The notes: generated by a model not told the origin, from the letters alone. A stretch of DNA of 64,000 bases from Gammaproteobacteria bacterium (GCA_965221335.1 CBDCSC010000002.1:25076-89075); one strand, 5' to 3'; shown: positions 51,011-63,501, numbered from the stretch's first letter. A program made the numbers and translations.

Positions 51011-52702
51011 ATGACTACACAACTCAGTTTTGTCAGCGGTGTGAGCGAGAAACCGCTCATCTACCAGACCATTGGCAATGCCCTGGAGGCGGCAGCGCAG
51101 ACGTTTCCGCAACGGGAGGCCCTGATCGTTCGCCACCAAAATATCCGCTGGACCTACGCTGAGTTGTTGCAGCGCGTGGATGATCTGGCCGCCGGCCTGA
51201 TTGCGCTGGGGTTTGTCCCCGGCGACCGGGTTGGAATCTGGGCGCCCAACTGTGCCGAATGGGTGCTTACCCAGTTTGCCACGGCCCGGGCCGGCCTGAT
51301 CCTGGTGAACATCAACCCGGCTTACCGTACCCATGAACTCGAATATGCGCTGAACAAGGTGGGCTGCAAGGGACTGGTGACCGCCGCCACGTTCAAGAGC
51401 AGTGATTACCTTGCGATGCTCGCGCAACTGGCGCCGGAATTGGACACCGCAGAACCCGGCAACCTGTCATCCGAGAAGCTGCCGCATCTGCGGACCGTAA
51501 TTCGCCTCGGAGATGACGAAACGCCCGGCTGCTACAACTTCGCTGCGGTATCTGCGATGGGCGGCGCTGCCGAACGGCAGAAACTGGATGAGCTGTCCAC
51601 CCTGTTGCAACCCGACGATGAAATAAATATCCAGTTCACCAGCGGCACGACCGGCTCTCCCAAGGGCGCGACGCTGACCCACTTCAATATCCTCAATAAC
51701 GGTTATTTTGTCGGACAGGCGATGAAATTCACCGAGACTGATCGGCTTTGTATCCCGGTGCCGTTTTATCACTGCTTCGGCATGGTGATGGGTAACCTGA
51801 ACTGCGTGATCCACGGTTCCGCGATGGTCATACCCAGCGATGGTTTCGACCCGGCCCTGACCCTGGCTGCCGTCAGCGAGGAGCGGTGCACGGCCCTGTA
51901 CGGCGTGCCCACCATGTTCATTGCGGAACTGGATTTGCCGGATTTCAGCAACTATGACCTGTCCAGCCTGCGTACCGGCATCATGGCCGGTGCGTCCTGT
52001 CCCATCGAGGTGATGAAACGCGTCGTGGCCGAGATGAACATGAGCGAGATTACCATCGCCTACGGCATGACGGAGACCAGCCCGGTCAGTTTCCAGAGCA
52101 GTACCGATGACCCGCTGGAACGGCGTGTTTCCACCGTGGGCCGCATTCATCCCCATGTGCAGGTGAAGATAATCGACTCGGCGGGACACACCGTTCCCAG
52201 CGGAGAAAAAGGCGAGTTGTGTACCCGGGGTTACAACGTGATGTCAGGATACTGGGATGACCCCGACCGCACCCGCGAAGCCATTGACGCAGCCGCTTGG
52301 ATGCATACCGGCGACCTGGCGACCATTGATGCGGAAGGCTATTGCAACATCGTCGGGCGCGTGAAAGACATGGTGATTCGCGGCGGCGAGAATGTCTACC
52401 CCAGGGAAGTCGAAGAATTCCTGTACGGCCACGACAAGATACAGGATGTGTCCGTTTTCGGCGTGCCGGACGACAAGTACGGCGAACAGCTCTGCGCCTG
52501 GATAAAACTGAAGCGGGGTGAGCACGCGGACGAAGCCGAGATCAAGACCTTCTGCCAGGGCAAAATCGCCCACCACAAGGTGCCGCATTATATCCGCTTC
52601 GTCGAAGATTTTCCGATGACGGTCACCGGCAAGCTGCAGAAGTTCATCATGCGCGACAAGATGATCGACGAGTTGGGCCTGACCATCCGGGAGACTGCAT
52701 AG
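51011..52702 (+). CDS. AMP-dependent acyl-CoA synthetase/ligase (fatty-acid/medium-chain type)
   Basis: AMP-binding motif [12 protein letters not shown], the …TGDL… region and the C-terminal …TVTGKLQK… lysine. ~563 aa from the Met at 51011. Confidence 0.8.
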   Translation: MTTQLSFVSGVSEKPLIYQTIGNALEAAAQTFPQREALIVRHQNIRWTYAELLQRVDDLAAGLIALGFVPGDRVGIWAPNCAEWVLTQFATARAGLILVNINPAYRTHELEYALNKVGCKGLVTAATFKSSDYLAMLAQLAPELDTAEPGNLSSEKLPHLRTVIRLGDDETPGCYNFAAVSAMGGAAERQKLDELSTLLQPDDEINIQFTSGTTGSPKGATLTHFNILNNGYFVGQAMKFTETDRLCIPVPFYHCFGMVMGNLNCVIHGSAMVIPSDGFDPALTLAAVSEERCTALYGVPTMFIAELDLPDFSNYDLSSLRTGIMAGASCPIEVMKRVVAEMNMSEITIAYGMTETSPVSFQSSTDDPLERRVSTVGRIHPHVQVKIIDSAGHTVPSGEKGELCTRGYNVMSGYWDDPDRTREAIDAAAWMHTGDLATIDAEGYCNIVGRVKDMVIRGGENVYPREVEEFLYGHDKIQDVSVFGVPDDKYGEQLCAWIKLKRGEHADEAEIKTFCQGKIAHHKVPHYIRFVEDFPMTVTGKLQKFIMRDKMIDELGLTIRETA

Positions 52703-52716
52703 CAGGAATAAGTTCG

Positions 52717-54174
52717 CTACTGCCCCAGCTTTTCCGATAACAACTGATTGACTTGCTTCGGGTTGGCCTTGCCGCCGGATTTTTTCATCACCTGCCCGAC
52801 GAAATAACCGATCATTTTTCCGCGTTTTTCCGGCGCGGCATTGCGGTACTGTTGTACCTGCGCGTCATTGCCGGCAATGACCTCATCCACCAGCTTTGCT
52901 ATTTCGCCGGCATCGGTGACCTGTTTCAATCCCTGCTTTTCGATGATGCCATCGACATCGCCGGCGCCATCCCACAAGGCCTCGAATACCTGTTTGGCCA
53001 GCTTGTTTGAAATAGTGCCGTCGGCAATGCGTTTAACCAGCGCGGCCAGCATGGGCGCGCTGATCTTGCTGTCATTGATGGCAATATTCTCGCGATTCAA
53101 GGCCGCGCCCAGCTCGCCCATGATCCAATTCGCAATCGGCTTGGCCTGACCGGGCGCCGCGCTGACGGCAGCCTCAAAATAGTCGGCCGTTTCCCTGCTG
53201 GCCACCAGGTAGCCGCTGTCATAGTCCGACAGGCCATATGCGGTGATGAACCGTTGCTGTTTCTGTTCCGGCAATTCCGGCATTTGCCCGCGCACAGCTT
53301 CGATATAGTCATCGGCAATAACAACCGGCGGCAGGTCCGGGTCAGGGAAGTAGCGATAATCGTTCGCTTCCTCCTTGCCCCGCATTGAACGGGTTTCATT
53401 CCGGTCCGGGTCGAACAGGCGGGTTTCCTGGATCACCTCATGCCCAGCTTCTGCAACGCCGATCTGCCGGTTTATCTCATAATTGATCGCCTGTTCCACG
53501 AAGCGGAAGGAGTTGATGTTCTTTATCTCTGCGCGGGTTCCCAGCTTGCTTTCACCCAAGGGCCTGATGGATATGTTGGCGTCACAACGGAATGATCCCT
53601 CCTGCATGTTCCCGTCGGAAATTTCCAGGTAGCGCACCAGCGCATGGATCTTTTTCATCAGCGCTACCGCTTCTTCCGCCGATCGCAGTTCCGGTTCGGA
53701 AACGATTTCTATCAGCGGCGCCCCGGCGCGATTCAGATCAATCCCGGTAAACCCGGTAAACTCTTCATGCACCGACTTGCCGGCGTCCTCTTCCAGGTGC
53801 GCGCGGGTGATGCCGATTTCCCTGGTGGTCCCGCCAGCATCGATTTCTACCCTGCCTGCGCTGACGATGGGCAATTCGTATTGGCTGATCTGGTAACCTT
53901 TGGGCAGGTCCGGGTAGAAATAATTTTTCCTCGCAAACACAGACCGTCTTGCAATACTTGCATCGATGGCAAGGCCAAACATTACCGCCATGCGTATCAC
54001 TTGCTCGTTGGCGACCGGTAATACACCGGGCAGACCAAGGTCGACGGCGCATGCCCGGGTATTGGGTGGGGCACCGAAACGGTTGGCTGCGCCGGAAAAA
54101 ATCTTGCTCCGGGTCGCCAGTTGCACGTGCAGTTCAAGACCGATAACGGATTCCCACTGAACGCTCATTGGCAA
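52717..54174 (-). CDS. gatB: Asp-tRNA(Asn)/Glu-tRNA(Gln) amidotransferase subunit B
   Basis: N-terminus …[13 protein letters not shown]…; full-length GatB/YqeY architecture. Confidence 0.9.
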   Translation of the reverse strand: MPMSVQWESVIGLELHVQLATRSKIFSGAANRFGAPPNTRACAVDLGLPGVLPVANEQVIRMAVMFGLAIDASIARRSVFARKNYFYPDLPKGYQISQYELPIVSAGRVEIDAGGTTREIGITRAHLEEDAGKSVHEEFTGFTGIDLNRAGAPLIEIVSEPELRSAEEAVALMKKIHALVRYLEISDGNMQEGSFRCDANISIRPLGESKLGTRAEIKNINSFRFVEQAINYEINRQIGVAEAGHEVIQETRLFDPDRNETRSMRGKEEANDYRYFPDPDLPPVVIADDYIEAVRGQMPELPEQKQQRFITAYGLSDYDSGYLVASRETADYFEAAVSAAPGQAKPIANWIMGELGAALNRENIAINDSKISAPMLAALVKRIADGTISNKLAKQVFEALWDGAGDVDGIIEKQGLKQVTDAGEIAKLVDEVIAGNDAQVQQYRNAAPEKRGKMIGYFVGQVMKKSGGKANPKQVNQLLSEKLGQ

Positions 54175-55619
54175 CCTCCCGGAACCTGTTTATGCCAGTC
54201 AGTCATCTGCTGGTACTGGTGTGCGACATTCAACAGCCTGGCTTCTTCGAAATAGTTGCCGATAATCTGCATACCGATCGGCAGGCCGTCACTGAACCCT
54301 GCCGGGATTGAAATGGCCGGCAATCCGGCAAGATTGACGGACACAGTATAGATATCGGACAGGTACATGGATACCGGATCGTTGATGCGCGCGCCCAACG
54401 GGAATGCGGTCGTCGGTGTGGTTGGCGTGATGATGACATCAACGCGGTCCAGCGCGGCACGGAATTCGTCCCGCAGCAGGCGCCGTAAGCGTTGCGCCTT
54501 CAGATAATACGCATCGTAATACCCAGCGGACAGCACGTAAGTGCCGATCATTATCCTGCGCTTGACCTCATCACCAAAACCTTCTCCGCGGGAACGGCAG
54601 AACAGGTCGTTGATATCTTCGGGATCAGAACAGCGGTGACCGAAACGCACGCCGTCGTAACGGGACAGGTTCGAGGAACATTCGGCCGAAGCGATCACGT
54701 AATAGACCGGGATGGACAAGTCAGTATGCGGAAGTTCGACATCAATCACCGATGCCCCGGCCTGTTCCAGCAAATTCAGTGCGGCAGTGATCGCGTCCGC
54801 AATGGGTTGTTCCAGTTCGGCGCTGAAAAATTCCCTGGGCAAGCCGATTTTCAGTCCGTTGAGCCTCTTATCCAATGCATCGAGGTAGTCATCCACCGGG
54901 GCATCTGCGCTGGTTGCGTCCCGCGGGTCATGTCCCGACATCGCGGCCAGCAACATCGCCGCATCTTCGGCGGTTTGCGCGATCGGGCCACCCTGGTCCA
55001 GGCTGGACGCATATGCGATCATGCCGTAACGGGATACCCGCCCATAGGTGGGTTTCAACCCGGTAACGCCGCATAATGCGGCAGGCTGCCTGATTGACCC
55101 GCCGGTATCTGTTGCGGTCGCCGCCGGTACGATCCTGGCGCTGACTGCACAGGCCGACCCCCCCGAAGAACCGCCGGGGACCCGCTCCGTATCCCACGGA
55201 TTCCGCACGGGACCGTAATAGCTGTTCTCGTTGGATGAACCCATCGCAAACTCGTCCATATTGGTCTTGCCGATCATAACGGTACCCGCATGGTCGAGTC
55301 GCGCCGTTGCGGTTGCCTGGTAGGGGGCGATAAAGCTGTCCAGCATTTTTGATGCACAACTCGTTTTGAAGCCTGCCGTGCAAAAAATGTCCTTGTGCGC
55401 AACAGGAAGCCCCGTCAATGGTCCCGCCTCGCCGGCGGCAATGACCGCGTCTGCCTTTTTTGCCTGCTCCAGCGCATGGTCGGGGAACAGCGATATGAAA
55501 CAGTTCAGGTCATTGTTATATCGTTGCGCGCGGTCCAGGCACGCTTCGACTATCTCGGTACTGCTGATTTCCCGGCCGCGCAGCATGGAGGACAACTCTG
55601 CGAGCGTATATCCAGACAT
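54165..55619 (-). CDS. gatA: Glu-tRNA(Gln) amidotransferase subunit A (amidase)
   Basis: 484-aa amidase-signature family. Located between gatC and gatB. Confidence 0.9.
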   Translation of the reverse strand: MSGYTLAELSSMLRGREISSTEIVEACLDRAQRYNNDLNCFISLFPDHALEQAKKADAVIAAGEAGPLTGLPVAHKDIFCTAGFKTSCASKMLDSFIAPYQATATARLDHAGTVMIGKTNMDEFAMGSSNENSYYGPVRNPWDTERVPGGSSGGSACAVSARIVPAATATDTGGSIRQPAALCGVTGLKPTYGRVSRYGMIAYASSLDQGGPIAQTAEDAAMLLAAMSGHDPRDATSADAPVDDYLDALDKRLNGLKIGLPREFFSAELEQPIADAITAALNLLEQAGASVIDVELPHTDLSIPVYYVIASAECSSNLSRYDGVRFGHRCSDPEDINDLFCRSRGEGFGDEVKRRIMIGTYVLSAGYYDAYYLKAQRLRRLLRDEFRAALDRVDVIITPTTPTTAFPLGARINDPVSMYLSDIYTVSVNLAGLPAISIPAGFSDGLPIGMQIIGNYFEEARLLNVAHQYQQMTDWHKQVPGGCQ

Positions 55620-55650
55620 AGATCAGACTGTCTCCGTAGAGCTGCGAACG

Positions 55651-55968
55651 CTATTCCACGAACCTGGGCACGATGTAATAACCGTCCTTTGTCAATGGGG
55701 CCGCTTCCTGAAAGCTGTCCCGTTGGTCTTTCTCGTTTGCCTCGTCAGGCCGGAGTTGCGCGACAATTTCCAGCGGATGCGCCAGCGGTTCGATCTCTGC
55801 CGTATCGACGGCCTGCATCTGCTCGACCAGCGCCAGGATATCAGCCATATCCTGCGCATAACCGGCCATGGCTTCATCTTCTATCGCCAGCCTCGCAAGC
55901 CAGGCAATGTCCGCCACCTGTTTTGTATCAATCGGCATAGTATTCCGCGTGTGTTGAATTGGCGGCAA
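55651..55968 (-). CDS. gatC: Glu-tRNA(Gln) amidotransferase subunit C
   Basis: Small subunit pattern (…[39 protein letters not shown]…). Likely true start at MPIDTK (~55938). Confidence 0.8.
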   Translation of the reverse strand: MPPIQHTRNTMPIDTKQVADIAWLARLAIEDEAMAGYAQDMADILALVEQMQAVDTAEIEPLAHPLEIVAQLRPDEANEKDQRDSFQEAAPLTKDGYYIVPRFVE

Positions 55969-56090
55969 TCTACCACATTTGTTGGCCTATTTCCTGGGCA
56001 TATTGCTTGTGCTGTTTCCGGGGCTGTTTATGGGGCTTGCCGAAAATACGCACCACTGCTAAAGTTATGTTTTTTTTCGGGTCAGAAGGA

Positions 56091-57140
56091 ATGTTTAACA
56101 GGTTAAGGGGATTCTTTTCCAGCGATTTGTCAATCGATCTGGGTACCGCCAATACCCTTATATATGTGCGCGGTAAGGGTATCGTTCTGAATGAGCCTTC
56201 GGTGGTTGCCGTCGGCAAGACAGAACAGGGTACCGTCAACATGAAGGCGATACGGGCAGTCGGCAACGCGGCCAAGAACATGCTGGGACGGACACCTGAA
56301 CATATCAAGGCGATTAGGCCATTGAAGGACGGAGTGATCGCGGATTTCACCCTCACCGAAAAAATGCTCCAGTATTTTATTCACTCGGTTCATGGCGATA
56401 CGTTTTTCAAACCCAGCCCGAAGGTATTGATCTGTGTTCCGTGTGGTTCAACCCAGGTGGAAAAAAGAGCGATTCGCGAATCGGCCCTGGGCGCCGGCGC
56501 GAGAAAGGTCTTCCTGATCGAAGAACCGATGGCGGCGGCCATGGGTGCAGGGATGCCGATAGAAGACGCAAGTGGCTCAATGATCCTCGATATCGGTGGA
56601 GGCACTACCGAAGTTGCCGTTATTTCACTGAATGGAATTGTATATTCGGCTTCAGTAAGAATTGGGGGCGACAAGTTCGATGATGCGATCATCAATTATA
56701 TCCGGCGCAATTACGGCATCTTGATCGGTGAGTCCACCGCCGAGAATATTAAAATGAATATTGGCTGCGCCTATCCTCCCAATGAGGTAAAGGAAATAGA
56801 GATCAGGGGACGCAACCTGGCTGAGGGTATCCCCCGGAGTTTTACGATAAGCAGCAATGAAATTCTTGAAGCATTGCAGGAACCCTTATCCGGCATAGTG
56901 GAAGCAGTCAAGGATGCCCTGGAACAAACACCTCCCGAACTGGGATCGGATGTGGTCGAGCGCGGTATCGTATTGACCGGAGGCGGCGCCATGCTGCAAG
57001 ACCTGGACCAGTTGTTGATGAAGGAAATCGGGCTGTCCGTTATTGTTGCCGAAGACCCGTTGACCTGTGTGGTGCGCGGTGGCGGGCGCTTTCTTGATAT
57101 GCTTGACCAGTTCGGCGAGGAAATGCTGGTTTTTGAATAA
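56091..57140 (+). CDS. mreB: Rod shape-determining actin homolog MreB
   Basis: [26 protein letters not shown]… is the canonical MreB N-terminus. ~349 aa. Confidence 0.9.
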   Translation: MFNRLRGFFSSDLSIDLGTANTLIYVRGKGIVLNEPSVVAVGKTEQGTVNMKAIRAVGNAAKNMLGRTPEHIKAIRPLKDGVIADFTLTEKMLQYFIHSVHGDTFFKPSPKVLICVPCGSTQVEKRAIRESALGAGARKVFLIEEPMAAAMGAGMPIEDASGSMILDIGGGTTEVAVISLNGIVYSASVRIGGDKFDDAIINYIRRNYGILIGESTAENIKMNIGCAYPPNEVKEIEIRGRNLAEGIPRSFTISSNEILEALQEPLSGIVEAVKDALEQTPPELGSDVVERGIVLTGGGAMLQDLDQLLMKEIGLSVIVAEDPLTCVVRGGGRFLDMLDQFGEEMLVFE

Positions 57141-57217
57141 CGATCAACGAGTAGAAAAAGCCAATTAACGCATTATTTGTCAGAAGTATTTCCTCGCACG
57201 TAAAGATAATTATCTTC

Positions 57218-58021
57218 GTGCTGGCCTCGATAGTGCTGATGGTGGCCGACCACAAAAACTCCCACCTGGAAATTCTTCGCAGTTCCATTTCGACGCTTGT
57301 ATATCCACTCCAGTATGGCGCGGGACTGGTTTCTGACCTTCCACGGAAGATTTCGGCAACCATGCAGTCCAGACAGGCGTTGATGGATGAAAACGAGAGG
57401 CTGCGCGAGGAACAGTTACGCATGTATTCCAGGCTGCAACGGACCGCGACACTGGAGGATGAAATCCGGCGCCTGCGGGCACTGCTGGAGTCATCGGTTG
57501 AATTTTATGAACGGGTGCTGGTAGCAGAACTGGTAGGGGTCGAACTGGAAGCTTTCCGGCAACAGATTATCATCAACAAGGGCATGACACATGGGGTATT
57601 CAACGGCCAGCCCGTCGTCGACGCCGGCGGCATCATGGGCCAGATTATCCATGTTGCGCCATTTTCAAGCACCGTGTTGCTGATCACCGATCCGACCCAT
57701 TCAATACCGGTGCAGGTGAATCGCAATGGTTTGCGCTCCGTCGCGGTTGGCCTGGGACAGGATAATATCGTGTCCCTGGAACACATCCCGGTCAACGCCG
57801 ACATCAAGGACGGGGATTTGATTGTCTCATCCGGTCTAGGCAGAAGATTCCCCAGAGGTTATCCGGTGGGAACCGTATCGAGCATCACGCGCGTGCCGGG
57901 CGAACTGTTTTCCTCCGTACTGATCACACCCAGCGCGAAATTTGGCGAGACCCGCGAAGCATTACTGCTGTGGCCGGACCAGCCGGGCGGCGCAACCTCT
58001 GACGTGGCAATGCGGCGTTGA
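57218..58021 (+). CDS. mreC: Rod shape-determining protein MreC
   Basis: N-terminal TM, coiled coil and beta-rich C-domain. Position after mreB. Apparent GTG start. Confidence 0.8.
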   Translation: MLASIVLMVADHKNSHLEILRSSISTLVYPLQYGAGLVSDLPRKISATMQSRQALMDENERLREEQLRMYSRLQRTATLEDEIRRLRALLESSVEFYERVLVAELVGVELEAFRQQIIINKGMTHGVFNGQPVVDAGGIMGQIIHVAPFSSTVLLITDPTHSIPVQVNRNGLRSVAVGLGQDNIVSLEHIPVNADIKDGDLIVSSGLGRRFPRGYPVGTVSSITRVPGELFSSVLITPSAKFGETREALLLWPDQPGGATSDVAMRR

Positions 58022-58509
58022 CGCTACTTGTCAGACATCATGGCGGGTGGTTGATCGTACTCAGTTTCATCTTCGCGCTGCTGCTTACAACCATCCCGCT
58101 CCCGGGAGCGCTGACTGACTGGCGCCCGGCCTGGGTAGCGATGATGTTGATTTACTGGTGCATCGTATTGCCTGAGCGGGTCGGCATCGGCATTGCCTGG
58201 TTGCTGGGTCTGATACTGGATGTGCATACCGGCGCCCTGCTGGGTCAAAATGCACTGGGACTGTCAATCATCGCATATCTTACGATAAGGTTGCATAAGC
58301 AAATCAGGGTGTTTCCGCCGTTGCAGCAATCGCTCCTGGTCTGTGTTTACCTGTTGCTGTTCCAGTTTTTTAACTTGTGGATACGCGGCATAACCGGCAT
58401 TCCCCCGCAGCACTGGTTGTTCTGGGCGCCTGTAGCCAGCAGCGCGTTATTATGGCCGATATTTTTCTATGCCATGCGCACCGTCAGGCATAAATACAAT
58501 GTCTTCTAA
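58018..58509 (+). CDS. mreD: Rod shape-determining protein MreD
   Basis: 163-aa polytopic membrane protein. Overlaps the mreC stop. Confidence 0.8.
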   Translation: MTLLVRHHGGWLIVLSFIFALLLTTIPLPGALTDWRPAWVAMMLIYWCIVLPERVGIGIAWLLGLILDVHTGALLGQNALGLSIIAYLTIRLHKQIRVFPPLQQSLLVCVYLLLFQFFNLWIRGITGIPPQHWLFWAPVASSALLWPIFFYAMRTVRHKYNVF

Positions 58510-58603
58510 TCAGGGGAAACCCTGACCTGAACCCGGGGTTTCCTGAAACCGAACAGGCGCCCGTTATGTCTTTTTTTCAATGTGCGGATAATTTACGGCA
58601 TTC

Positions 58604-60469
58604 ATGGCAATAATTGGCACGAATAGTGACTCGGTCCAGCAAACCAACCTGGTCCATAACAGAATCTACCTGACAGCAGCGCTGATACTGCTGCTTACGT
58701 TGATTATCCTGTCCCAGGTTTTCTACCTCCAGGTCATCCGGCATGATCATTTCACGACATTATCAAAGAGCAACCATATAAAAATTTTGCCGGTCGTGCC
58801 GTCCAGGGGACTGATTTTCAGCAGTGACGGCATCCTGCTTGCGGATAATCGGCCTTCCTTCACGCTGGAACTGGTCCCCGAAAGAATCCCTGATGTAGAG
58901 TCTGCCATCACGCAAATTAACCGGCTTATCCTGATCACCCCGGACGAAATCGAGCGTTTCAGGGAATTGAGAAAACGAAGCCGCAGGTTTGAAGCAATTC
59001 CCCTGCGGTTCAACCTCAGTGTTGAAGAGGTCGCGCTTATATCAGTGAACAAGCACCTGCTGCCGGGAGTGGATGTGGTTGCAAGTTTGAGCCGCTATTA
59101 TCCACTGGCCGAGCACCTGGCGCACACGGTGGGTTACGTGGGAATGATCGATGAACAGGAATACGAGAAACTGAACAAGTCAAATTACCGCGGCACAACC
59201 TATATCGGTAAATCTGGAATCGAAAAAGCCTACGAAGACCTGTTGCATGGCCATGTGGGCTACCAACAGGTGGAGGTCAACGCACAGGGAAGAAAAATTC
59301 GCGAAATTCACAAGGAACATCCGGAACCGAGTAAAAACCTGCACCTTACCATTGATGCCTCCCTGCAAATCCTTGCCATGCAAGCCCTTAGCGGCAGACG
59401 GGGCGCGATAGTCGCGATGGATGCCCGCAGCGGGGCAGTGCTGGCTTCCGCCAGTTCCCCCGGTTACGATCCCAACCTCTTTATAGACGGTATCGACAGA
59501 ACTGTTTTTCACGGCTTGCTGCAATCAAAGGACACCCCGTTGTTGAACCGGGCCTTGCAAGGCAAATATCCACCCGGTTCTACGATAAAACCCATGCTGG
59601 CTCTGGGAGGCCTGAATTTACAGTTACGCGAGCCTGATAACGAGACCTGGTGTCCCGGTTGGTATTCGTTGAAAGGCAGTACCCGCCGTTACCGGGACTG
59701 GAAGAGAGAGGGGCACGGCCATATCGATGTGGTCAATGCCATCGCCCAGTCCTGTGACGTGTATTTTTATATCCTGGCCCACGACATGGGAATCGACGAT
59801 CTCCACCGGACATTGATGGGTTTCGGTTTCGGCAAACCAACCGGCATCGATATCGGCGGCGAGGCCGCAGGCTTGATTCCGTCAGCCCAATGGAAGCGTG
59901 AGGCCCTGGGTCAAACCTGGTTCCCCGGGGAAACCCTGATAACCGGGATAGGACAAGGCGCTACCCTGGTCACGCCGATACAGTTGGTCACGGCCACAGC
60001 AATCGTCGCAAACCGCGGCAGACAGGTTCGCCCCTACCTGCTGGCGGAAGTAAGGGATTCAGCCACCGGACAACTGGTAATCAGGGCGCCTGAACAGGCA
60101 GGCAAACAAACCGTTATTGCCGACCCTGAAAACTGGGACGTGATCATACATTCGATGGAGGAGGTTTTACATGGAGAAAAAGGCACGGCGCGCGCCGCCG
60201 GCGCAGGCGCAGAGTATTACATTGCGGGAAAGACCGGCACGGCCCAGGTCATCAACATCGGACAGGATGAAGAATATGATGAGGATGAAATTCCCGAGGA
60301 ATTTCGAGATCATGCCCTGTTTATCGCATTTGCGCCGGTCGAGGCGCCCGAGATAGCGATGGCCGTTATCGTTGAAAACGGCGGCAGCGGTTCAACTACT
60401 GCAGCCCCGATAGCCAGGGAATTACTGGATCATTATTTTCACGGGAAAAAAAGGGCAGGCACCGGATGA
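58604..60469 (+). CDS. mrdA: Penicillin-binding protein 2 (peptidoglycan D,D-transpeptidase)
   Basis: 621 aa. N-terminal TM, PBP dimerisation domain and transpeptidase domain (…STIKP…, SxN, KTGT). Confidence 0.9.
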   Translation: MAIIGTNSDSVQQTNLVHNRIYLTAALILLLTLIILSQVFYLQVIRHDHFTTLSKSNHIKILPVVPSRGLIFSSDGILLADNRPSFTLELVPERIPDVESAITQINRLILITPDEIERFRELRKRSRRFEAIPLRFNLSVEEVALISVNKHLLPGVDVVASLSRYYPLAEHLAHTVGYVGMIDEQEYEKLNKSNYRGTTYIGKSGIEKAYEDLLHGHVGYQQVEVNAQGRKIREIHKEHPEPSKNLHLTIDASLQILAMQALSGRRGAIVAMDARSGAVLASASSPGYDPNLFIDGIDRTVFHGLLQSKDTPLLNRALQGKYPPGSTIKPMLALGGLNLQLREPDNETWCPGWYSLKGSTRRYRDWKREGHGHIDVVNAIAQSCDVYFYILAHDMGIDDLHRTLMGFGFGKPTGIDIGGEAAGLIPSAQWKREALGQTWFPGETLITGIGQGATLVTPIQLVTATAIVANRGRQVRPYLLAEVRDSATGQLVIRAPEQAGKQTVIADPENWDVIIHSMEEVLHGEKGTARAAGAGAEYYIAGKTGTAQVINIGQDEEYDEDEIPEEFRDHALFIAFAPVEAPEIAMAVIVENGGSGSTTAAPIARELLDHYFHGKKRAGTG

Positions 60470-61557
60470 AACAGGAAACCCTGGCGCAAAGATTACACAT
60501 TGACGCGCCTTTGTTGCTGGGAATTATCGCGTTGAGCCTGATCGGATACGTGGTACTGTACAGTGCCAGCAACCAGAATATGGATATGATGATTCGCCGT
60601 TCAGTACACCTGTTGGCGGCCCTGGTGGTGATGTTAGCAATTGCCCAAATTCCGCCTGCGCGCTTGTCGGGGGCTTCGCTCTGGTTCTATCTTGTCAGTC
60701 TCGGCCTGCTGGTGCTGGTCCTGTTCTTTGGCGAAATGGGCAAAGGAGCGCAGCGCTGGTTGGGCTTGGGCCCGTTTCGTTTTCAACCGTCGGAATTGAT
60801 GAAACTGGCGCTGCCCATGGTGATTGCCCTGTATCTCAGCATGACATCGCCGCCCCCCACAGTCACCAGAGTGTTTATAGTATTGTTGTTCATCTCCGCA
60901 CCCGTACTCCTGGTGGCGAAACAACCGGACCTCGGCACGGCCTTGCTGATAGCAGTCAGCGGTTTTGCCGTACTGTTCATCGCCGGCATTAGCTGGAAAC
61001 TCCTGGCAGGGTTTGCGGTGGCAGCCGTCTCCTCGGCGCCGGTGATATGGAACCTGATGCACGATTACCAGAAAACGCGGGTGTTGACATTTCTGGATCC
61101 GGAACAGGACCCGCTCGGTTCCGGCTACCACATCATACAATCCAAGATCGCTATCGGCTCGGGGGGGCTATATGGCAAAGGCTGGCTCAACGGAACCCAG
61201 TCTCACCTCGAATTCCTGCCGGAAAGATCGACCGATTTTATTTTTGCGGTATTTTGCGAGGAGTTCGGGTTAATCGGGGTGCTGGTCCTGGTCAGCCTGT
61301 ACCTGTTCATTATTGCCCGGGGGCTGTATATTTCCGTGCAATCCCAGCACTTGTACGGAAAGCTGCTCGGCGTGGGTGTGATAGCCGGTTTTTTTGTTTA
61401 TATTGCCGTGAATATGGGTATGGTGTCGGGACAATTACCCGTAGTGGGCATCCCGTTGCCGCTTATCAGCCATGGCGGCACGTCGATGATGACTATCATG
61501 GCGGGTTTCGGTATCCTCATGGCTGTTCACACTCACAGAAGACTGCTGTCGAATTAA
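60466..61557 (+). CDS. mrdB: Peptidoglycan glycosyltransferase RodA (SEDS family)
   Basis: 363-aa polytopic SEDS protein. Overlaps the mrdA stop. Confidence 0.9.
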   Translation: MKQETLAQRLHIDAPLLLGIIALSLIGYVVLYSASNQNMDMMIRRSVHLLAALVVMLAIAQIPPARLSGASLWFYLVSLGLLVLVLFFGEMGKGAQRWLGLGPFRFQPSELMKLALPMVIALYLSMTSPPPTVTRVFIVLLFISAPVLLVAKQPDLGTALLIAVSGFAVLFIAGISWKLLAGFAVAAVSSAPVIWNLMHDYQKTRVLTFLDPEQDPLGSGYHIIQSKIAIGSGGLYGKGWLNGTQSHLEFLPERSTDFIFAVFCEEFGLIGVLVLVSLYLFIIARGLYISVQSQHLYGKLLGVGVIAGFFVYIAVNMGMVSGQLPVVGIPLPLISHGGTSMMTIMAGFGILMAVHTHRRLLSN

Positions 61558-61558
61558 T

Positions 61559-62539
61559 ATGAAATACTCGCCGGTTATTATCGGACTGATGTTCTTCACT
61601 CTCGCCGATGTCAGGGCAGACCTGCTGCAACGTCCGGACGTTGCGTCATTTATCAACGAAATGGTTACGGAACACAAGTATGACGCCGAAGAGTTGAATA
61701 ACATCCTCGGCAAAGTGGAGCTGTCGGAAAAAGTCATCGCCGCGATTTCCAAGCCGGCCGAAGCGCTTCCATGGCACCGTTACAGGGCGATATTCATCAA
61801 ACCCGGACGCATACGGGGCGGCGCGGAATTCTGGCGCAGCAATGCCGCGGAGCTTGAACGCGCCGCGGAAAAATACGGTATTCCGATAGAAATTCTGGTT
61901 GCGATTATAGGAGTCGAGACAAAATACGGGCGTATTACAGGCGGTTTCAAGGTTATCGATTCACTTTCGACCCTGGCGTTTGATTATCCGAAACGGAGCA
62001 GGTTTTTTACTTCGGAACTGAAGCATTTTTTATTGCTTGTCCGAGAACAATCAATCGACCCGCACAAGTTGTCGGGTTCCTATGCCGGGGCAATGGGCAT
62101 CCCGCAATTCATGCCGAGCAGCTACCGGGCCTTTGCCGTTGATTTCGACGGGGACGGTCTCACTGATATCTGGAACAACCCGGCGGACGCAATCGGCAGT
62201 GTCGGCAATTACCTGAAGGAACATGGATGGATCAAAGATGCTGAAATAACCCGCGCGGCAACCGTACCCGACAGCGATATTTCCGCATTGCTGACCGACG
62301 GTCTTAAACCGGAACAGGTGATGGCGGACATGATTGAGGCCGGCGTCACTACCGAGACTGAACTCGAGGCTTCAGAACCGGTAAAATTGCTCAAGCTTGA
62401 AAACCGGGACGGATACGAGTACTGGCTGGCGCTGCACAATTTCTACGTGATAACGAGATATAACCACAGCGCACTGTATGCGATGGCCGTTTTCCAATTG
62501 GCGGAGGCGATCAGGGCGCAATACCGAGCCGGCAGGTGA
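61559..62539 (+). CDS. mltB: Lytic murein transglycosylase B-like
   Basis: 326 aa with a signal peptide. MltB/Slt35-family motifs (…AIIGVETKYG…, …GAMGIPQFMPSSY…). Confidence 0.8.
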   Translation: MKYSPVIIGLMFFTLADVRADLLQRPDVASFINEMVTEHKYDAEELNNILGKVELSEKVIAAISKPAEALPWHRYRAIFIKPGRIRGGAEFWRSNAAELERAAEKYGIPIEILVAIIGVETKYGRITGGFKVIDSLSTLAFDYPKRSRFFTSELKHFLLLVREQSIDPHKLSGSYAGAMGIPQFMPSSYRAFAVDFDGDGLTDIWNNPADAIGSVGNYLKEHGWIKDAEITRAATVPDSDISALLTDGLKPEQVMADMIEAGVTTETELEASEPVKLLKLENRDGYEYWLALHNFYVITRYNHSALYAMAVFQLAEAIRAQYRAGR

Positions 62540-62596
62540 GTTAGCCACAGAGGGCACAGAGGACACAGAGCGGGTCAGAAACAATAGTATAAATCG

Positions 62597-63463
62597 ATGT
62601 TAACCGTCAACTTTTTGTCATCTTCTGTGTTCTTTCCTTCAATACAACAAAACTCTGTGATCTCTGTGGCCAGCTTACGTGCCCTACTGGTCTCGCTGCT
62701 CGCAGTCATTTCAGCCTGTTCCACTGCACCCCAAAAAGATACCGGCACAACACGGACGCCGGCGGAATTGGTGAAAATCCCTGATGCCGTACCCAAGGTT
62801 GAACCAAGAAGCGCATCCGGCAACATGAAAACCTATGAAGTGTTCGGGAAAAGGTATTACGTGTTGGACAGCAGTGATGGATTTACCCAGAAAGGCATCG
62901 CTTCATGGTACGGGCCGAAATTCCATGGGAAAAAGACCTCCAGTGGCGAGATTTACGACATGTACGCAATGACCGCGGCCCACAAGACATTGCCCCTGCC
63001 TACTTACCTGGAAGTAAAAAACCTGGAGAACGGCAGAAAAATCATTGTCCGGGTCAATGACCGGGGTCCGTTCCACGACAACCGCGTGGTTGACTTATCC
63101 TATACGGCCGCGCTGAAGCTGGATATGATTGCGAAAGGAACGGCCCTGGTGGAAATCAGCGCTATCAATCCGCGTGCACATAAAACGGGAGGCGCTCCCG
63201 TTGTGACCCGGTCCCGGGAACAACGCAAGCCATTGGATTTTTACATACAGGTAGGCGTCTTTTCCGACTACAATAATGCCAGAAACCTGAAAACCAGGCT
63301 GCAGGGGCTGGAAGCCCCGGTCAGGATAGACGAAACCACGTTAAATGGCGCTGCCGCGTTTCGGGTTATAATCGGCCCGATGACTGATATCGATATTGCC
63401 GACGGTATTGTCGGCCGTTTGGAACTGTTTGATATCCACGATCACCGTATCCTGCTGGAATGA
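62597..63463 (+). CDS. rlpA: Septal-ring lytic transglycosylase RlpA (DPBB domain + SPOR domain)
   Basis: Lipoprotein-like leader (…LLAVISACS). DPBB motif (…GIASWYGPKFHGKKTSSGEIYD…VRVNDRGPF…). C-terminal SPOR-like domain. Confidence 0.85.
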   Translation: MLTVNFLSSSVFFPSIQQNSVISVASLRALLVSLLAVISACSTAPQKDTGTTRTPAELVKIPDAVPKVEPRSASGNMKTYEVFGKRYYVLDSSDGFTQKGIASWYGPKFHGKKTSSGEIYDMYAMTAAHKTLPLPTYLEVKNLENGRKIIVRVNDRGPFHDNRVVDLSYTAALKLDMIAKGTALVEISAINPRAHKTGGAPVVTRSREQRKPLDFYIQVGVFSDYNNARNLKTRLQGLEAPVRIDETTLNGAAAFRVIIGPMTDIDIADGIVGRLELFDIHDHRILLE

Positions 63464-63501
63464 TCCACCTGTACCTTTATCTGCTTGTATAACATGACAT
63501 T

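Noticed and set aside
55959-56090. N-terminal 44-aa extension of the MreB ORF ([10 protein letters not shown]…).
   Set aside because: MreB proteins start at the conserved MFxRLRGxF. The extension overlaps the gatC 5' region and is Cys/Trp-rich, so I used the start at 56091.
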